Source: Eledone cirrhosa (Eukaryota). Taken from it: a stretch of DNA of 64,000 nt. Under the pieces are notes generated by a model. That model saw only the letters and a program-made list of their open reading frames with translations. It made no database searches and was not told the DNA's origin. Within the stretch, counting starts at the first letter, position 1, and every line of letters begins with the position of its first letter. The stretch is from positions 185,070,001 through 185,134,000 of the forward strand of contig OZ024742.1 of assembly GCA_964016885.1 (NCBI GenBank), written 5' to 3'. Shown here in pieces: positions 47,101-59,100 of the stretch. The translations under genes were made by a program, and so were the position numbers.

Positions 47101-50100
47101 GTTAAGTTAAGTTGTGGTTAAGTTAAGTTGGGGTTAAGTTAAGTTGGGGTTCAGTTAAGTTGGGGTTACGTTAAGTAGGGGTTAAGTTAAGTTTAGGTTA
47201 ACTTAAGTTGGGGTTAAGTTAAGTTGGGGTTAAGTTAAGTTGGGGCTAAGTTAAGTTGGGGCTAAGTTAAGTTGGGGCTAAGTTAAGTTGGGGTTAAGTT
47301 AAGGTGGGGTTTAGTTAAGTTGGGGTTGAGTTAAGTTGGGGTTGAGTTAAGTTAGGGTTAAGTTAAGTTGGGGTTAATTTAAGTTAGGGTTAACTTAAGT
47401 TGGGGTTAAGTTAAGTTGGGGTTTAATTAAGTTGGGGTTGAGTTAAGTTGGGGTTGAGTTAAGTTGGGCTTGAGTTAAGTTGGGGTTGAGTTAAGTTGGG
47501 CTTATCTTAAGTTGGGGTTAATTTAAGATGGGGTTAAGTTAAGTTGGGGTTAAGTTAATTTGGGGTTAAGTTAAGTTGGGGTTAAGTTAAGTTGGGGTTA
47601 TGTTAAGTTGGGGTTAAGTTAAGTTGAGGTTAACTTAAGTTGGGGTTAAGTTAAGTTGGGGCTAAGTTAAGTTGGGGCTAAGTTAAGTTGGGGTTAAGTT
47701 AAGTTGGGGTTAAGTTAAGTTGGGGTCAACTTAAGTTGGGGCTAAGTTAAGTTGGGGTTAAGTTAAGTTGGGGCTAAGTTAAGTTGGAGTTAAGTTAAGT
47801 TGGGGTTAAATTAAGTTGGGGTCAACGTAAGTTGGGGTTAAGTTAAGTTGGGGTTAAGTTAATTTGGGGGTAAGTTAAGTTGGGGTTAAGTTAAGTTGGG
47901 GTTAAGTTAAGTTGGGGTTAAGTTAAGTTGGGGCTGAGTTAAATTGGGGCTGTGTTAAGTTGGGGTTAAGTTAAGTTGGGGTTAAGTTAAGTTGGGGTTA
48001 AGTTAAGTTGGGGTTAAGTTGGGGTTAAATTAAGTTGGGGTTAATTTAAGTTGGGGTTAAGTTAAGTTGGGTTTAGGTTAAGTTGGGGTTGAGTTAAGTT
48101 GGGGTTAAGTTAAGTTGGGGTTAATTTAAGTTGGGGTTAAGTTAAGTTGGGGCTGAGTTAAGTTGGGGTTAAGTTAAGTTGGGGTTGAGTTAAGTTGGGG
48201 TTAAGTTAAGTTGGGGTTAAGTTAAGTCGGGGTTAAGTTAAGTTGGGGTTAAGTTAAGTTGGGGTTAAGTTAAGTTGGGGTTAAGTTAAGTTGGGGTTAA
48301 GTTAAGTTGGGGTTAAGATAAGTTGGGGTTAAGTTAAGTTGGGGTTGAGTTAAGTTGGGGTTGAGTTAATTTGGGGTTAAGTTAAGTTGGGGTTAAGTTA
48401 AGTTGGGGTTAAGTTAAGTTGGGGTTAAGTTAAGTTGGGGTTAAGATAAGTTGGGGTTAAGTTAAGTTGGGGTTGAGTTAAGTTGGGGTTGAGTTAAGTT
48501 GGGGTTAAGTTAAGTTGGGGTTAATTTAAGTTGGGGTTAAGTTAAGTTGGGGCTGAGTTAAGTTGGGGTTAAGTTAAGTTGGGGTTGAGTTAAGTTGGGG
48601 TTAAGTTAAGTTGGGGTTAAGTTAAGTCGGGGTTAAGTTAAGTTGGGGTTAAGTTAAGTTGGGGTTAAGTTAAGTTGGGGTTAAGTTAAGTTGGGGTTAA
48701 GTTAAGTTGGGGTTAACTTAAGTCGGGGTTAAGTTAAGTTGGGGTTAAGTTAAGTTGGGGTCAAGTTAAGTTGGGGTTAAGTTGGGGTTATGTTAAGTTG
48801 GGGTTAAGTTAAGTTGGGGTTAAGTTAAGTCGGGGTTAAGTTAAGTTGGGGTTAAGTTAAGTTGGGGTTAAGTTAAGTTGGGGTCAAGTTAAGTTGGGGT
48901 TAAGTTAAGTTGGGGTTAAGTTAAGTCGCGGTTAAGTTAAGTTGGGGTTAAGTTAAGATGGGGTTAAGTTAAGTTGGGGTTAAGTTAAGTTGGGGTTAAG
49001 ATAAGTTGGGGTTAAGTTAAGTTGGGGTTGAGTTAAGTTGGGGTTGAGTTAATTGGGGTTAAGTTAAGTTGGGGTTAACTTAAGTTGGGTTTAAGTTAAG
49101 TTGGGGTTAAGTTAAGTTGGGGTTAAATTAAGTTGGGGTTAAGATAAGTTGGGGTTAAGTTAAGTCGGGGTTAAGTTAAGTCGGGGTTAAGTTAAGTTGG
49201 GGTTAAGTTAACTTGGTGTTAAGTTAAGTTGGGGCTCAGTTAAGTTGGGGTTGAGTTAAGTTGGGGTCAATTTAAGTTGGGACTAAGCTAAGTTGGGGTT
49301 AAGTTAAGTTGGGGTTAAGTTAAGTTGGCGCTAAGTTTAGTGAAGGTTAAGTTAAGTTGGGGTTGAGTTAAGTTGGGGTTAAGTTAAGTTGGGGTTAAGT
49401 TAAGTTAGGGTTAAGTTAAGCTTGGGTTAAGTTAAGTTGGGGTTGAGTTAATTTGGGGTTGAGTTAAGTTGGGGTTGAGTTAAGTTGGGGTTGAGTTAAG
49501 TTGGGGTTAAGTTAAGTTGGGGTTAACTTAAGTTGGGGTTAAGTTAAGTTGGGGTCAATTTAAGTTGAGGTTAAGTTAACTTGGGATTAAGTTAAGTTGG
49601 GGTTAACTTAAATTGAGGTTAAGTTAAGTTGGGGTTAAGTTAAGTTGGGGGTAAGTTAAGTTGGGGGTAAGTTAAGTTTGGGTTAAGTTGGGGTTAAGTT
49701 AAGTTAGGGTTAAGTTACGTTGGGGTTGAGTTAAGTTGGGGTTAATTTAAATTGGGGTTAAGTTAACTTTGTGGTTCAGTTAAGTTGGGGTTAAGTTAAG
49801 TTGGGGCTTATTTAAGTTGGGGTTAAGTTAAGTTGTGGTTAAGTTAAGTTGGGGTTAAGTTAAGTTGGGGTTAAGTTAAGTTGGGGTTAAGTTAAGTTGG
49901 GGTTAAATTAAGCTGGGTTGAAGTTAAGTTGGGGTTAAGTTAAGTTGGGGTTAAGTTAAGTTGGGGTTAAGTTAAGTTGGGGTTAAGTTAAGTCGGGGTT
50001 AAGTTAATTTGGGGTTCAGTTAAGTTGGGGTTAAGTTAAGTTGGGGCTTATTTAAGTTGGGGTTAAGTTAAGTTGTGGTTAAGTTAAGTTGGGGTTAAGT

Positions 50101-53100
50101 TAAGTCGGGGTTAAGTTAAGTCGGGGTTAAGTTAAGTTGTGGTTAAGTTAAGTTGGGGTTAAGTTAAGTTGGGGTTAAGTTAAGTTAGGGATAAGCTAAG
50201 TTGGCGTTAAGTTAAGTTGGGGTTAAGTTAAGTTGGGGTTAAGTTAAGTTGTGGTTAAGTTAAGTTGGGGCTGAGTTAAGTTGGGGTCAAGTTAAGTTGG
50301 GGTTGAGTTAAGTTGGGGTTAAGTTAAGTTGGGGTTAAGTTAAGTCGCGGTTAAGTTAAGTTGGGGTTAAGTTAAGATGGGGTTAAGTTAAGTTGTGGTT
50401 AAGTTAAGTTGGGGTTAAGATAAGTTGGGGTTAAGTTAAGTTGCGGTTGAGTTAAGTTGGGGTTGAGTTAATTGGGGTTAAGTTAAGTTGGGGTTAACTT
50501 AAGTTGGGTTTAAGTTAAGTTGGGGTTAAGTTAAGTTGGGGTTAAATTAAGTTGGGGTTATGATAAGTTGGGGTTAAGTTAAGTCGGGGTTAAGTTATGT
50601 CGGGGTTAAGTTAAGTTGGTGTTAAGTTAACTTGGTGTTAAGTTAAGTTGGGGTTCAGTTAAGTTGGGGTTGAGTTAAGTTGGGGGTCAAGTTAAGTTGG
50701 GGTTAAGCTAAGTTGGGGTTAAGTTAAGTTGGGGTTAAGTTAAGTTGGGGTTAATTTAAGTTTTGGTTAAGTTAAGTTGTGGCTGAGTTAAGTTGGGGTC
50801 AAGTTAAGTTGGGGTTGAGTTAAGAAGGGGTTAAGTGAACTTGGGGTTAAGTTAAGTTGGGGTTAAGTTAAGTTGGGGTTAAGTTAAGTTGGGGTTAAGT
50901 TAAGTTGGGGTTAAGATAAGTTGGGGTTAAGTTAAGTTGGGGTTGAGTTAAGTTGGGGTTGAGTTAATTTGGGGTTAAGTTAAGTTGGGGTTAACTTAAG
51001 TTGGGGTTCAGTTAAGTTGGCGTTCAGTTAAGTTGCGGTGAAGTTAAGTTGGGGTTAACTTAAGTCGGGGTTAAGTTAAGTTGGGGTTAATTTAAGTTGG
51101 GGTCAAGTTAAGTTGGGGTTAAGTTAAGTTGGGGTTATGTTAAGTTGGGGTTAAGTTAAGTTGGGGTTAAGTTAAGTCGGGGTTAAGTTAAGTTGGGGTT
51201 AAGTTAAGTCGCGGTTAAGTTAAGTTGGGGTTAAGTTAAGATGGGGTTAAGTTAAGTTGGGGTTAAGTTAAGTTGGGGTTAAGATAAGTTGGGGTTAAGT
51301 TAAGTTGGGGTTGAGTTAAGTTGGGGTTGAGTTAATTGGGGTTAAGTTAAGTTGGGGTTAACTTAAGTTGGGTTTAAGTTAAGTTGGGGTTAAGTTAAGT
51401 TGGGGTTAAATTAAGTTGGGGTTAAGATAAGTTGGGGTTAAGTTAAGTCGGGGTTAAGTTAAGTCGGGTTTAAGTTAAGTTGGGGTTAAGTTAACGTGCT
51501 GTTAAGTTAAGTTGGGGCTCAGTTAAGTTGGGGTTGAGTTAAGTTGGGGTCAAGTTAAGTTGGGACTAAGCTAAGTTGGGGTTAAGTTAAGTTGGGGTTA
51601 AGTTAAGTTGGCGCTAAGTTAAGTGAAGGTTAAGTTAAGTCGGGGTTAAGTTAAGTTGGGGTTAAGTTAAGTTGGGGTTAAGTTAAGTTGGGGTCAAGTT
51701 AAGTTGGGGTTAAGTTAAGTTGGGGTTAAGTTAAGTCGCGGTTAAGTTAAGTTGGGGTTAAGTTAAGATGGGGTTAAGTTAAGTTGGGGTTAAGTTAAGT
51801 TGGGGTTAAGATAAGTTGGGGTTCAGTTAAGTTGGGGTTGAGTTAAGTTGGGGTTGAGTTAATTGGGGGTAAGTTAAGTTGGGGGTAAGTTAAGTTTGGG
51901 TTAAGTTGGGGTTAAGTTAAGTTAGGGTTAAGTTACGTTGGGGTTGAGTTAAGTTGGGGTTAATTTAAATTGGGGTTAAGTTAACTTTGTGGTTAAGTTA
52001 AGTTGGGGTTAAGTTAAGTTGAGGTTAATTTAAGTTGAGGTTAAGTTAAGTTGGGGTTAAGTTAAGTTGGGGTTAAATTAAGCTGGGTTGAAGTTAAGTT
52101 GGGGTTAAGTTAAGTTGGGGTTAAGTTAAGTTGGGGTTAAGTTAAGTTGGGGTTAAGTTAAGTCGGGGTTAAGTTAATTTGGGGTTCAGTTAAGTTGGGG
52201 TTAAGTTAAGTTGGGGCTTATTTAAGTTGGGGTTAAGTTAAGTTGTGGTTAAGTTAAGTTGGGGTTAAGTTAAGTCGGGGTTAAGTTAAGTCGGGGTTAA
52301 GTTAAGTTGTGGTTAAGTTAAGTTGGGGTTAAGTTAAGTTGGGGTTGAGTTAAGTTAGGGATAAGCTAAGTTGGCTTTAAGTTAAGTTGGGGTTAAGTTA
52401 AGTTGGGGTTAAGTTAAGTTGTGGTTAAGTTAAGTTGGGGCTGAGTTAAGTTGGGGTCAAGTTAAGTTGGGGTTGAGTTAAGTTGGGGTTAAGTTAACTT
52501 GGGGTTAATTTAAGTTGGGGTTAAGTCAAATTGGGTTTGAGTTAAGTTAGGGTTAAGTTAAGTTGGGGTTAAGTTAAGTTGGGGTTAAGTTAAGTTGGGG
52601 TTAAGTTAAGTTGGGGTTAAATTAAGCTGGGTTTAAGTTAAGTTGGGGTTAAGTTAAGTTGGGGTTAAGTTAAGGTGGGGTTAAGTTAAGTTGAGGTTAA
52701 GTTAAGTTGGGGTTAAATTCAGTTGGGGTTAAGTTAAGTTGGGGTTAAGTTAAGTTGGGGATAAGTTAAGTTGAGTTTAAGTTAAGTTGGAGTTAATTTA
52801 AGTTGAGGTTAAGTTAAGTTGTGGTTAAGTTAAGTTGTGGTTAAGTTAAGTTGGGGTTAAGTTAAGTTGGGGTTCAGTTAAGTTGGGGTTACGTTAAGTA
52901 GGGGTTAAGTTGGGGTTAAATTAAGTTGGGGTTAAGTTAAGTTGGGGTTAAGTTAAGTTGGGGTTAAGTTAAGTTGGGGTTAAGTTAAGTTGGGGTTAAG
53001 TTAAGTTGGGGTTGAGTTAAGTTGGGGTTAAGTTAAGTCGGGGTTAAGTTAAGTTGGGGTTAAGTTAAGTTGGGGTTAAGTTAAGTTGGGGTTAAGTTAA

Positions 53101-56100
53101 GTTGGGGTTGAGTTAAGTTGGGGTTAAGTTAAGTTGGGTTTAACTTAAGTTGGGGTTAAGTTAAGTTGGGGTTAAGTTAAGGTGGGGTTAAGTTAAGTTG
53201 GGGTTAAGTTAAGTCGGGGTTAAGTTAAGTTGGGGTTAAGTTAAGTTGGGGTTAAGTTAAGTTGGGGTTAAGATAAGTTGGGGTTAAGTTAAGTTGGGGT
53301 TGAGTTAAGTTGGGGTTAAGTTAAGTTGGCGTTCAGTTAAGTTGCGGTTAAGTTAAGATGGTGTTAACTTAAGTCGGGGTTAAGTTAAGTTGGGGTTAAG
53401 TTAAGTTGGGGTCAAGTTAAGTTGGGGTTAAGTTAAGTTGGGGTTAAGTTAAGTTGGGGTTAAGTTAAGTCGGGGTTAAGTTAAGTTGGGGTTAAGTTAA
53501 GTTGGGGTTAAGTTAAGTTGGGGTCAAGTTAAGTTGGGGTTAAGTTAAGTTGGGGTTAAGTTAAGTTGGGGTTAAGTTAAGTCGCGGTTAAGTTAAGTTG
53601 GGGTTAAGTTAAGATGGGGTTAAGTTAAGTTGTGGTTAAGTTAAGTTGGGGTTAAGATAAGTTGGGGTTAAGTTAAGTTGCGGTTGAGTTAAGTTGGGGT
53701 TGAGTTAATTGGGGTTAAGATAAGTTGGGGTTAAGTTAAGTTGCGGTTGAGTTAAGTTGGGGTTGAGTTAATTGGGGTTAAGTTAAGTTGGGGTTAACTT
53801 AAGTTGGGTTTAAGTTAAGTTGGGGTTAAGTTAAGTTGGGGTTAAATTAAGTTGGGGTTATGATAAGTTGGGGTTAAGTTAAGTCGGGGTTAAGTTATGT
53901 CGGGGTTAAGTTAAGTTGGTGTTAAGTTAACTTGGTGTTAAGTTAAGTTGGGGTTCAGTTAAGTTGGGGTTGAGTTAAGTTGGGGGTCAAGTTAAGTTGG
54001 GGTTAAGCTAAGTTGGGGTTAAGTTAAGTTGGGGTTAAGTTAAGTCGCGGTTAGTTAAGTTGGGGTTAAGTTAAGATGGGGTTAAGTTAAGTTGTGGTTA
54101 AGTTAAGTTGGGGTTAAGATAAGTTGGGGTTAACTTAAGTTGCGGTTGAGTTAAGTTAGGGTTGAGTTAATTGGGGTTAAGTTAAGTTGGGGCTAAGTTA
54201 AGTTGGGGCTAAGTTAAGTTGGGGCTAAGTTAAGTTGGGGTTAAGTTAAGGTGGGGTTTAGTTAAGTTGGGGTTGAGTTAAGTTGGGGTTGAGTTAAGTT
54301 GGGGTTAAGTTAAGTTGGGGTTAAGTTAAGTTAGGGTTAACTTAAGTTGGGGTTAAGTTAAGTTTAGGTTAACTTAAGTTGGGGTTAAGTTAAGTTGGGG
54401 TTAAGTTAAGTTGGGGCTAAGTTAAGTTGGGGCTAAGTTAAGTTGGGGCTAAGTTAAGTTGGGGTTAAGTTAAGGTGGGGTTTAGTTAAGTTGGGGTTGA
54501 GTTAAGTTGGGGTTGAGTTAAGTTAGGGTTAAGTTAAGTTGGGGTTAATTTAAGTTAGGGTTAACTTAAGTTGGGGTTAAGTTAAGTTGGGGTTTAATTA
54601 AGTTGGGGTTGAGTTAAGTTGGGGTTGAGTTAAGTTGGGCTTGAGTTAAGTTGGGGTTGAGTTAAGTTGGGCTTATCTTAAGTTGGGGTTAATTTAAGAT
54701 GGGGTTAAGTTAAGTTGGGGTTAAGTTAATTTGGGGTTAAGTTAAGTTGGGGTTAAGTTAAGTTGGGGTTATGTTAAGTTGGGGTTAAGTTAAGTTGAGG
54801 TTAACTTAAGTTGGGGTTAAGTTAAGTTGGGGCTAAGTTAAGTTGGGGCTAAGTTAAGTTGGGGTTAAGTTAAGTTGGGGTTAAGTTAAGTTGGGGTCAA
54901 CTTAAGTTGGGGCTAAGTTAAGTTGGGGTTAAGTTAAGTTGGGGCTAAGTTAAGTTGGAGTTAAGTTAAGTTGGGGTTAAATTAAGTTGGGGTCAACGTA
55001 AGTTGGGGTTAAGTTAAGTTGGGGTTAAGTTAATTTGGGGGTAAGTTAAGTTGGGGTTAAGTTAAGTTGGGGTTAAGTTAAGTTGGGGTTAAGTTAAGTT
55101 GGGGCTGAGTTAAATTGGGGCTGTGTTAAGTTGGGGTTAAGTTAAGTTGGGGTTAAGTTAAGTTGGGGTTAAGTTAAGTTGGGGTTAAGTTGGGGTTAAA
55201 TTAAGTTGGGGTTAATTTAAGTTGGGGTTAAGTTAAGTTGGGTTTAGGTTAAGTTGGGGTTGAGTTAAGTTGGGGTTAAGTTAAGTTGGGGTTAATTTAA
55301 GTTGGGGTTAAGTTAAGTTGGGGCTGAGTTAAGTTGGGGTTAAGTTAAGTTGGGGTTGAGTTAAGTTGGGGTTAAGTTAAGTTGGGGTTAAGTTAAGTCG
55401 GGGTTAAGTTAAGTTGGGGTTAAGTTAAGTTGGGGTTAAGTTAAGTTGGGGTTAAGTTAAGTTGGGGTTAAGTTAAGTTGGGGTTAAGATAAGTTGGGGT
55501 TAAGTTAAGTTGGGGTTGAGTTAAGTTGGGGTTGAGTTAATTTGGGGTTAAGTTAAGTTGGGGTTAAGTTAAGTTGGGGTTAAGTTAAGTTGGGGTTAAG
55601 TTAAGTTGGGGATAAGATAAGTTGGGGTTAAGTTAAGTTGGGGTTGAGTTAAGTTGGGGTTGAGTTAAGTTGGGGTTAAGTTAAGTTGGGGTTAATTTAA
55701 GTTGGGGTTAAGTTAAGTTGGGGCTGAGTTAAGTTGGGGTTAAGTTAAGTTGGGGTTGAGTTAAGTTGGGGTTAAGTTAAGTTGGGGTTAAGTTAAGTCG
55801 GGGTTAAGTTAAGTTGGGGTTAAGTTAAGTTGGGGTTAAGTTAAGTTGGGGTTAAGTTAAGTTGGGGTTAAGTTAAGTTGGGGTTAACTTAAGTCGGGGT
55901 TAAGTTAAGTTGGGGTTAAGTTAAGTTGGGGTCAAGTTAAGTTGGGGTTAAGTTGGGGTTATGTTAAGTTGGGGTTAAGTTAAGTTGGGGTTAAGTTAAG
56001 TCGGGGTTAAGTTAAGTTGGGGTTAAGTTAAGTTGGGGTTAAGTTAAGTTGGGGTCAAGTTAAGTTGGGGTTAAGTTAAGTTGGGGTTAAGTTAAGTCGC

Positions 56101-59100
56101 GGTTAAGTTAAGTTGGGGTTAAGTTAAGATGGGGTTAAGTTAAGTTGGGGTTAAGTTAAGTTGGGGTTAAGATAAGTTGGGGTTAAGTTAAGTTGGGGTT
56201 GAGTTAAGTTGGGGTTGAGTTAATTGGGGTTAAGTTAAGTTGGGGTTAACTTAAGTTGGGTTTAAGTTAAGTTGGGGTTAAGTTAAGTTGGGGTTAAATT
56301 AAGTTGGGGTTAAGATAAGTTGGGGTTAAGTTAAGTCGGGGTTAAGTTAAGTCGGGGTTAAGTTAAGTTGGGGTTAAGTTAACTTGGTGTTAAGTTAAGT
56401 TGGGGCTCAGTTAAGTTGGGGTTGAGTTAAGTTGGGGTCAATTTAAGTTGGGACTAAGCTAAGTTGGGGTTAAGTTAAGTTGGGGTTAAGTTAAGTTGGC
56501 GCTAAGTTTAGTGAAGGTTAAGTTAAGTTGGGGTTGAGTTAAGTTGGGGTTAAGTTAAGTTGGGGTTAAGTTAAGTTAGGGTTAAGTTAAGCTTGGGTTA
56601 AGTTAAGTTGGGGTTGAGTTAATTTGGGGTTGAGTTAAGTTGGGGTTGAGTTAAGTTGGGGTTGAGTTAAGTTGGGGTTAAGTTAAGTTGGGGTTAACTT
56701 AAGTTGGGGTTAAGTTAAGTTGGGGTCAATTTAAGTTGAGGTTAAGTTAACTTGGGATTAAGTTAAGTTGGGGTTAACTTAAATTGAGGTTAAGTTAAGT
56801 TGGGGTTAAGTTAAGTTGGGGGTAAGTTAAGTTGGGGGTAAGTTAAGTTTGGGTTAAGTTGGGGTTAAGTTAAGTTAGGGTTAAGTTACGTTGGGGTTGA
56901 GTTAAGTTGGGGTTAATTTAAATTGGGGTTAAGTTAACTTTGTGGTTCAGTTAAGTTGGGGTTAAGTTAAGTTGGGGCTTATTTAAGTTGGGGTTAAGTT
57001 AAGTTGTGGTTAAGTTAAGTTGGGGTTAAGTTAAGTTGGGGTTAAGTTAAGTTGGGGTTAAGTTAAGTTGGGGTTAAATTAAGCTGGGTTGAAGTTAAGT
57101 TGGGGTTAAGTTAAGTTGGGGTTAAGTTAAGTTGGGGTTAAGTTAAGTTGGGGTTAAGTTAAGTCGGGGTTAAGTTAATTTGGGGTTCAGTTAAGTTGGG
57201 GTTAAGTTAAGTTGGGGCTTATTTAAGTTGGGGTTAAGTTAAGTTGTGGTTAAGTTAAGTTGGGGTTAAGTTAAGTCGGGGTTAAGTTAAGTCGCGGTTA
57301 AGTTAAGTTGTGGTTAAGTTAAGTTGGGGTTAAGTTAAGTTGGGGTTAAGTTAAGTTAGGGATAAGCTAAGTTGGCGTTAAGTTAAGTTGGGGTTAAGTT
57401 AAGTTGGGGTTAAGTTAAGTTGTGGTTAAGTTAAGTTGGGGCTGAGTTAAGTTGGGGTCAAGTTAAGTTGGGGTTGAGTTAAGTTGGGGTTAAGTTAAGT
57501 TGGGGTTAAGTTAAGTCGCGGTTAAGTTAAGTTGGGGTTAAGTTAAGATGGGGTTAAGTTAAGTTGTGGTTAAGTTAAGTTGGGGTTAAGATAAGTTGGG
57601 GTTAAGTTAAGTTGCGGTTGAGTTAAGTTGGGGTTGAGTTAATTGGGGTTAAGTTAAGTTGGGGTTAACTTAAGTTGGGTTTAAGTTAAGTTGGGGTTAA
57701 GTTAAGTTGGGGTTAAATTAAGTTGGGGTTATGATAAGTTGGGGTTAAGTTAAGTCGGGGTTAAGTTATGTCGGGGTTAAGTTAAGTTGGTGTTAAGTTA
57801 ACTTGGTGTTAAGTTAAGTTGGGGTTCAGTTAAGTTGGGGTTGAGTTAAGTTGGGGGTCAAGTTAAGTTGGGGTTAAGCTAAGTTGGGGTTAAGTTAAGT
57901 TGGGGTTAAGTTAAGTTGGGGTTAATTTAAGTTTTGGTTAAGTTAAGTTGTGGCTGAGTTAAGTTGGGGTCAAGTTAAGTTGGGGTTGAGTTAAGAAGGG
58001 GTTAAGTGAACTTGGGGTTAAGTTAAGTTGGGGTTAAGTTAAGTTGGGGTTAAGTTAAGTTGGGGTTAAGTTAAGTTGGGGTTAAAATAAGTTGGGGTTA
58101 AGTTAAGTTGGGGTTGAGTTAAGTTGGGGTTGAGTTAATTTGGGGTTAAGTTAAGTTGGGGTTAACTTAAGTTGGGGTTCAGTTAAGTTGGCGTTCAGTT
58201 AAGTTGCGGTGAAGTTAAGTTGGGGTTAACTTAAGTCGGGGTTAAGTTAAGTTGGGGTTAATTTAAGTTGGGGTCAAGTTAAGTTGGGGTTAAGTTAAGT
58301 TGGGGTTATGTTAAGTTGGGGTTAAGTTAAGTTGGGGTTAAGTTAAGTCGGGGTTAAGTTAAGTTGGGGTTAAGTTAAGTTGCGGTTAAGTTGAGTTGGG
58401 GTCAAGTTAAGTTGGGGTTAAGTTAAGTTGGGGTTAAGTTAAGTCGCGGTTAAGTTAAGTTGGGGTTAAGTTAAGATGGGGTTAAGTTAAGTTGGGGTTA
58501 AGTTAAGTTGGGGTTAAGATAAGTTGGGGTTAAGTTAAGTTGGGGTTGAGTTAAGTTGGGGTTGAGTTAATTGGGGTTAAGTTAAGTTGGGGTCAACTTA
58601 AGTTGGGTTTAAGTTAAGTTGGGGTTAAGTTAAGTTGGGGTTAAATTAAGTTGGGGTTAAGATAAGTTGGGGTTAAGTTAAGTCGGGGTTAAGTTAAGTC
58701 GGGTTTAAGTTAAGTTGGGGTTAAGTTAACGTGCTGTTAAGTTAAGTTGGGGCTCAGTTAAGTTGGGGTTGAGTTAAGTTGGGGTCAAGTTAAGTTGGGA
58801 CTAAGCTAAGTTGGGGTTAAGTTAAGTTGGGGTTAAGTTAAGTTGGCGCTAAGTTAAGTGAAGGTTAAGTTAAGTCGGGGTTAAGTTAAGTTGGGGTTAA
58901 GTTAAGTTGGGGTTAAGTTAAGTTGGGGTCAAGTTAAGTTGGGGTTAAGTTAAGTTGGGGTTAAGTTAAGTCGCGGTTAAGTTAAGTTGGGGTTAAGTTA
59001 AGATGGGGTTAAGTTAAGTTGGGGTTAAGTTAAGTTGGGGTTAAGATAAGTTGGGGTTCAGTTAAGTTGGGGTTGAGTTAAGTTGGGGTTGAGTTAATTG

